NCBI GenBank assembly: GCA_963770275.1
Contig: CAVYPD010000025.1
Location: 24,452 to 88,451 of the forward strand
Source: an uncultured Alphaproteobacteria bacterium
GTDB lineage: Bacteria; Pseudomonadota; Alphaproteobacteria; Rhizobiales; Beijerinckiaceae
Direction of reading: 5' to 3'
Length of the DNA stretch: 64,000 nt
In this document: one piece after another, positions 60,281-64,000 of the stretch
How positions within the stretch are numbered: position 1 is the first letter of the stretch
How the letters are laid out: the number at the start of each line of letters is the position of its first letter
Position numbers and translations under genes: made by a program
The notes under the pieces: model-generated
What the model saw: only the letters and a program-made list of their open reading frames with translations
Database searches by the model: none
Told to the model about the DNA's origin: nothing

Positions 60281-63130
60281 ATGAAAGTCGTGATCGTCGA
60301 GTCGCCGGCCAAGGCGAAGACCATCAACAAATATCTGGGCAAGGACTACGAGGTCTATGCCTCGTTCGGGCATGTGCGGGATCTCACGGCCAAGGACGGC
60401 TCGGTCGACCCTGACGACGATTTCGCGATGCGCTGGGAAGTCGACGCGAAGTCCGCCAAGCGGATGAGCGACATCGGCGGCGCGGTAAGGACCGCCGACC
60501 GCGTGATCCTGGCGACCGACCCGGACCGGGAAGGCGAGGCCATCTCCTGGCACATCCACGAAATTCTGAAGGGCAAGAAGCTGCTCAAGGACAAGCGCGT
60601 CGATCGCGTCGTCTTCAACGCGGTGACCAAGGACGCAGTCCAGGAGGCGATGCGCAATCCGCGCGAGATCGACGAGGCGCTCGTCGACGCCTACCGGGCG
60701 CGCCGCGCCCTCGATTATCTCGTCGGCTTCAACCTGTCGCCTGTCCTATGGCGCAAACTGCCAGGCGCACGCTCGGCGGGCCGAGTGCAGTCGGTCGCTT
60801 TGCGTATTGTCTGCGACCGCGAGCTCGAGATCGAAAAGTTTGTCGCCCGCGAATATTGGTCGATCATCGCCCACTTGCGCACGGAAGCGAAGGCGCCCTT
60901 CACCGCGCGCCTGGTCGGCGCGGACGGCAAGAAGATCAACCGGCTCGACATTGGCTCGGGCGCAGAGGCCGAAGCCTTCAAGACTGCGCTCGACCAGGCG
61001 CTTTTCTCGGTCGCCGCGATCGAATCGAAACCGGTCAAGCGCCACCCTTATCCGCCGTTCACCACATCGACCCTGCAGCAGGAGGCGTCACGCAAGCTCG
61101 GTCTCGCGCCGGCGCGCACCATGCAGATTGCACAGCGCCTCTACGAAGGCGTCGACGTCGGCGACGGCGCGGCCGGCCTCATTACCTATATGCGGACTGA
61201 CGGCGTCGATCTGGCGCCAGAGGCGATTGCGTCGGCGCGACGCGTCATCGCCAAGGATTTCGGCGACAACTATGTGCCCTCGGCGCCCCGCAAATACACG
61301 GCCAAGGCCAAGAACGCGCAAGAGGCGCATGAAGCGATCCGTCCGACCGACATGACGAAGCGGCCCCGCGATGTCGCCCGTCATCTCGAGCCCGAGCAGG
61401 CGAAGCTCTACGAACTCATTTGGACGCGCACGATCGCCTGCCAGATGGAGAGCGCCGAGCTCGAGCGCACGACTGTCGACATTCTGGCCGAGGCCGGCGC
61501 GCGCAAGCTCGAATTTCGCGCCACCGGGCAAGTGGTGCGCTTCGCCGGTTTCCTCGCTCTTTACCAGGAGGGCCGGGACGACGAGGAAGACGAAGAGGCG
61601 AGCCGTCTGCCCGCGATGCGCCAAGGCGAGAGGCTCGCCAAGGAGCGGATCGACGCGAGCCAGCATTTCACCGAGCCGCCGCCACGCTACACCGAGGCGA
61701 CGCTCGTCAAGCGCATGGAGGAGCTCGGCATCGGCCGCCCCTCGACCTACGCCTCGACCATCGCGGTCCTCAAGGATCGCGACTATGTGCGGATCGAGAA
61801 GAAGCGCTTGTTTCCGGAGGACAAGGGCCGGATCGTGACGGCCTTCCTCGAGTCGTTCTTCGCCAAATACGTCGGCTACGACTTCACCGCCGATCTCGAA
61901 GAGAAGCTCGACAAGGTCTCGAACAGCGAGATCGACTGGAAGGCGCTCCTGCGCGACTTCTGGAACGATTTCTCCGCCGCCATCGGCGGCATCAAGGACC
62001 TCGGCACGCGGCAGGTGCTCGACAGCCTCAACGAGCTTTTGGGCCCGCACATTTTTCCCTCTCGCGGCGAGGGGGTCGACCCACGCCTCTGCCCGCTCTG
62101 CAACGAAGGCCAATTGTCGCTCAAGCTCGGCAAATACGGCGCCTTCGTCGGCTGCTCGCGGTACCCCGAGTGCAAGTACTCACGCGTTCTGGCGCCGTCG
62201 GGCGCGGAGGCCTCTGAGGGCGACCGGCCGGGCGTGCGCGTGCTTGGTCAAGACCCGTCGACGGGCGAGGAGATCACTCTGCGCAACGGGCGCTTTGGCG
62301 AGTACATCCAGCAGGGCGAGGGCGAGAAGCCGAAGCGATCATCGCTGCCGAAGGGCTTGAGCGCTGACGACGTGACGCTCGAAAAGGCGTTGGCGCTGCT
62401 CGCTTTGCCGCGGGAAGTGGCGCGCCATCCGACGAGCGGCGACCCGATCGTCGCGGGCATCGGCCGTTACGGTTCCTATGTGCAGCACGGCAAGACCTAC
62501 GCCAATCTCGGCCGCGACGACGATGTGCTCGAGATCGGCGGCAACCGGGCGATCGATCTCATCGTCGCCAAGGAGAGCGGAGCCGGCGGCTCCCGCTTCG
62601 GCGCTGGTGCTGGGCGCGAACTTGGCGAGCATCCCGAGGGCGGCAAGGTCAGCGTGAAGGCCGGTCGGTTCGGCTCCTACGTCAATCACGGCAAGATCAA
62701 CGCGACCATCCAGAAGGGGACCGACCCTGCGAGCCTCACCCTCGAAGAGGCAATCGAACTGCTTAAAGCCAAGGCGGCGGGCGGCGGCGTGATCGGGCGC
62801 CTGGTTGGCGAGCACCCGGACGGCGGGCCGGTCACCGTGCGCGACGGGCGCTACGGCGCTTATGTCAATTGGGGCAAGGTCAACGCGACGATTTCGAAGG
62901 GAACCGCGCCGGACTCCATTGCGCTCTCCGACGCTTTGGAGCTGCTCGCCGAGCGCGAGGGCAAGCCTGTGGCGCGTCCGCGCAAATCGGCAAAAAAGGC
63001 GCCGGCGAGGGCCAAGGCTGTCGCGGCCGACAGCGCGAAGGCCAGAGCCAAATCCGCCACGGCGAAAAAAGCGGCCGCCAAGAAGGCCGCCCCGGCCAAG
63101 CCAAAATCCGCCGCCGGCAAGCGTGGATAG
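60281..63130 (+). CDS. topA: DNA topoisomerase I
   Basis: IVESPAKAK, ATDPDREGE, SAGRVQS, ITYMRTD, zinc ribbon CPLC...GCSRYPEC, Topo_C repeats, Lys/Ala tail. Confidence 0.98.
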   Translation: MKVVIVESPAKAKTINKYLGKDYEVYASFGHVRDLTAKDGSVDPDDDFAMRWEVDAKSAKRMSDIGGAVRTADRVILATDPDREGEAISWHIHEILKGKKLLKDKRVDRVVFNAVTKDAVQEAMRNPREIDEALVDAYRARRALDYLVGFNLSPVLWRKLPGARSAGRVQSVALRIVCDRELEIEKFVAREYWSIIAHLRTEAKAPFTARLVGADGKKINRLDIGSGAEAEAFKTALDQALFSVAAIESKPVKRHPYPPFTTSTLQQEASRKLGLAPARTMQIAQRLYEGVDVGDGAAGLITYMRTDGVDLAPEAIASARRVIAKDFGDNYVPSAPRKYTAKAKNAQEAHEAIRPTDMTKRPRDVARHLEPEQAKLYELIWTRTIACQMESAELERTTVDILAEAGARKLEFRATGQVVRFAGFLALYQEGRDDEEDEEASRLPAMRQGERLAKERIDASQHFTEPPPRYTEATLVKRMEELGIGRPSTYASTIAVLKDRDYVRIEKKRLFPEDKGRIVTAFLESFFAKYVGYDFTADLEEKLDKVSNSEIDWKALLRDFWNDFSAAIGGIKDLGTRQVLDSLNELLGPHIFPSRGEGVDPRLCPLCNEGQLSLKLGKYGAFVGCSRYPECKYSRVLAPSGAEASEGDRPGVRVLGQDPSTGEEITLRNGRFGEYIQQGEGEKPKRSSLPKGLSADDVTLEKALALLALPREVARHPTSGDPIVAGIGRYGSYVQHGKTYANLGRDDDVLEIGGNRAIDLIVAKESGAGGSRFGAGAGRELGEHPEGGKVSVKAGRFGSYVNHGKINATIQKGTDPASLTLEEAIELLKAKAAGGGVIGRLVGEHPDGGPVTVRDGRYGAYVNWGKVNATISKGTAPDSIALSDALELLAEREGKPVARPRKSAKKAPARAKAVAADSAKARAKSATAKKAAAKKAAPAKPKSAAGKRG

Positions 63131-63145
63131 CCGCAGGCCTGGCTC

Positions 63146-63532
63146 TCATCCCGGCCGGCGACACGCCGCTTCGATGTTGTTGCCGTCAGGATCGAGGACG
63201 AACGCGCCATAATAATCGGGATGGTAGTGAGGCCTTAACCCCGGCGGCCCATTGTCCCGTCCGCCGGCGGCCAAAGCCGCGCGGTAGAAGGAATCGACGT
63301 CGGCGCGCGTCGGAGCTGTGAATGCGAGATGCGTTCCGCCTTTGGGCTTTTGGCCTCCGCCGATCCAGAAGAACGCTTTGTTGTCTTTGCCGAATCCGGC
63401 GTGGGCGTCGGCCCCCGTCTGCTCCGCCGTCACTTCCATCACGATCCCAATGCCGAGCGGCTTGAGGGCGTCGACGTAGAAGGTCTTCGATCGCTCCATA
63501 TTCGAGACAGCAAAGCCGATATGGTCAATCAT
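63146..63532 (-). CDS. VOC/glyoxalase family protein
   Basis: MIDHIGFAVS, HLAFTA, DNGPPGLRPHYHPDYYGAFVLDPDGNNIEA. Confidence 0.92.
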   Translation of the reverse strand: MIDHIGFAVSNMERSKTFYVDALKPLGIGIVMEVTAEQTGADAHAGFGKDNKAFFWIGGGQKPKGGTHLAFTAPTRADVDSFYRAALAAGGRDNGPPGLRPHYHPDYYGAFVLDPDGNNIEAACRRPG

Positions 63533-63642
63533 GCATGGACCTCCCTAATGGCTCGTCACGGCGGCACAGATTCATGGTATAGTGCGTTGAGCCAGTCTGG
63601 GCGAGGGGCGAGCGGGCGCGAGCCTGTCGGGAGGGCCCGACG

Positions 63643-64000
63643 ATGAATCCGATCAACGCGACGCAGACCTACGGCGGCCATACGGCGGAAGCGGCCTACA
63701 GCCGCTGGGCGCCGATCTACGACCTCATCTTCGATCTGCCCTTCCATCCCGGCCGGGCGGCTGCCGCAAGCGCGGCGGCTCAAGCGGCAGGGCCTGGGGG
63801 CGAAATCCTCGTTGTCGGCGTCGGCACGGGCCTCGAACTGCCGCTTCTGCCGGGCAATGTGCTGGTGACTGGCATCGATATCTCGGCGCCGATGCTGCGT
63901 GCGGCGCGCACGCGGGTCGATCGAAAAGGGCTGGCGCAGGTTAAGGGCCTCTACGTGATGGACGCCGCTGCGCTCGAATTTCCCGACGCGGCGTTTGATG
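63643..64000 (+). CDS. Class I SAM methyltransferase, phospholipid N-methyltransferase (PmtA-like); truncated by the window edge and absent from the ORF track
   Basis: MNPINA...AYSRWAPIYDLIF...ILVVGVGTGLELP...GIDISAPML...MDAAALEFPDAAFD. Confidence 0.8.
   Translation, partial: MNPINATQTYGGHTAEAAYSRWAPIYDLIFDLPFHPGRAAAASAAAQAAGPGGEILVVGVGTGLELPLLPGNVLVTGIDISAPMLRAARTRVDRKGLAQVKGLYVMDAAALEFPDAAFD

Noticed and set aside
62960-63130. Low-complexity Lys/Ala repeats
   Set aside because: Ordinary basic C-terminal tail of alphaproteobacterial TopA
1-64000. CRISPR arrays, tRNA/rRNA, IS elements, integrases, prophage or defence systems
   Set aside because: No regularly spaced repeats, cloverleaf/rRNA signatures, or transposase/integrase/phage motifs found by eye; a tool-based scan is still needed to exclude small RNAs

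Overview
GC-rich alphaproteobacterial chromosome segment (Hyphomicrobiales-like, judged from TopA architecture and gene content). About 56 kb of accessory catabolic modules lead into core genes (topA, pmtA-like). In order: (i) a sigma54-controlled ketose-epimerase/sugar-ABC module whose AcoR-type activator is truncated; (ii) an ~18 kb co-oriented GntR-led cluster with a small Cys4 zinc-finger protein, a Liv-type ABC transporter, an (R)-amine-transaminase-like fold-IV enzyme, two hydantoinase/oxoprolinase A+B pairs, a class III omega-transaminase, a cyclase/KynB-family hydrolase and a MetX-like hydrolase; (iii) a convergent LamB/YcsF + BCCP + biotin carboxylase + two carboxyltransferase-subunit operon that looks like a split urea carboxylase; (iv) two amidases flanking an Urt-type amide ABC transporter; (v) scar zones of gene relics; (vi) an Eubacterium barkeri/Azorhizobium-type nicotinate cluster (ndh, hnr, UPF0280, AA_synth, ABC, MarR, enamidase) with a shared palindromic operator; (vii) an internally deleted adenylate cyclase, DUF1810, an SDR, and vapB with a gutted vapC. 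About 20 single-base frameshifts break otherwise intact genes and are probably uncorrected sequencing indels. No tRNA, rRNA, CRISPR array, integrase or transposase was recognised. Family assignments come from motif recognition by eye, not database searches.
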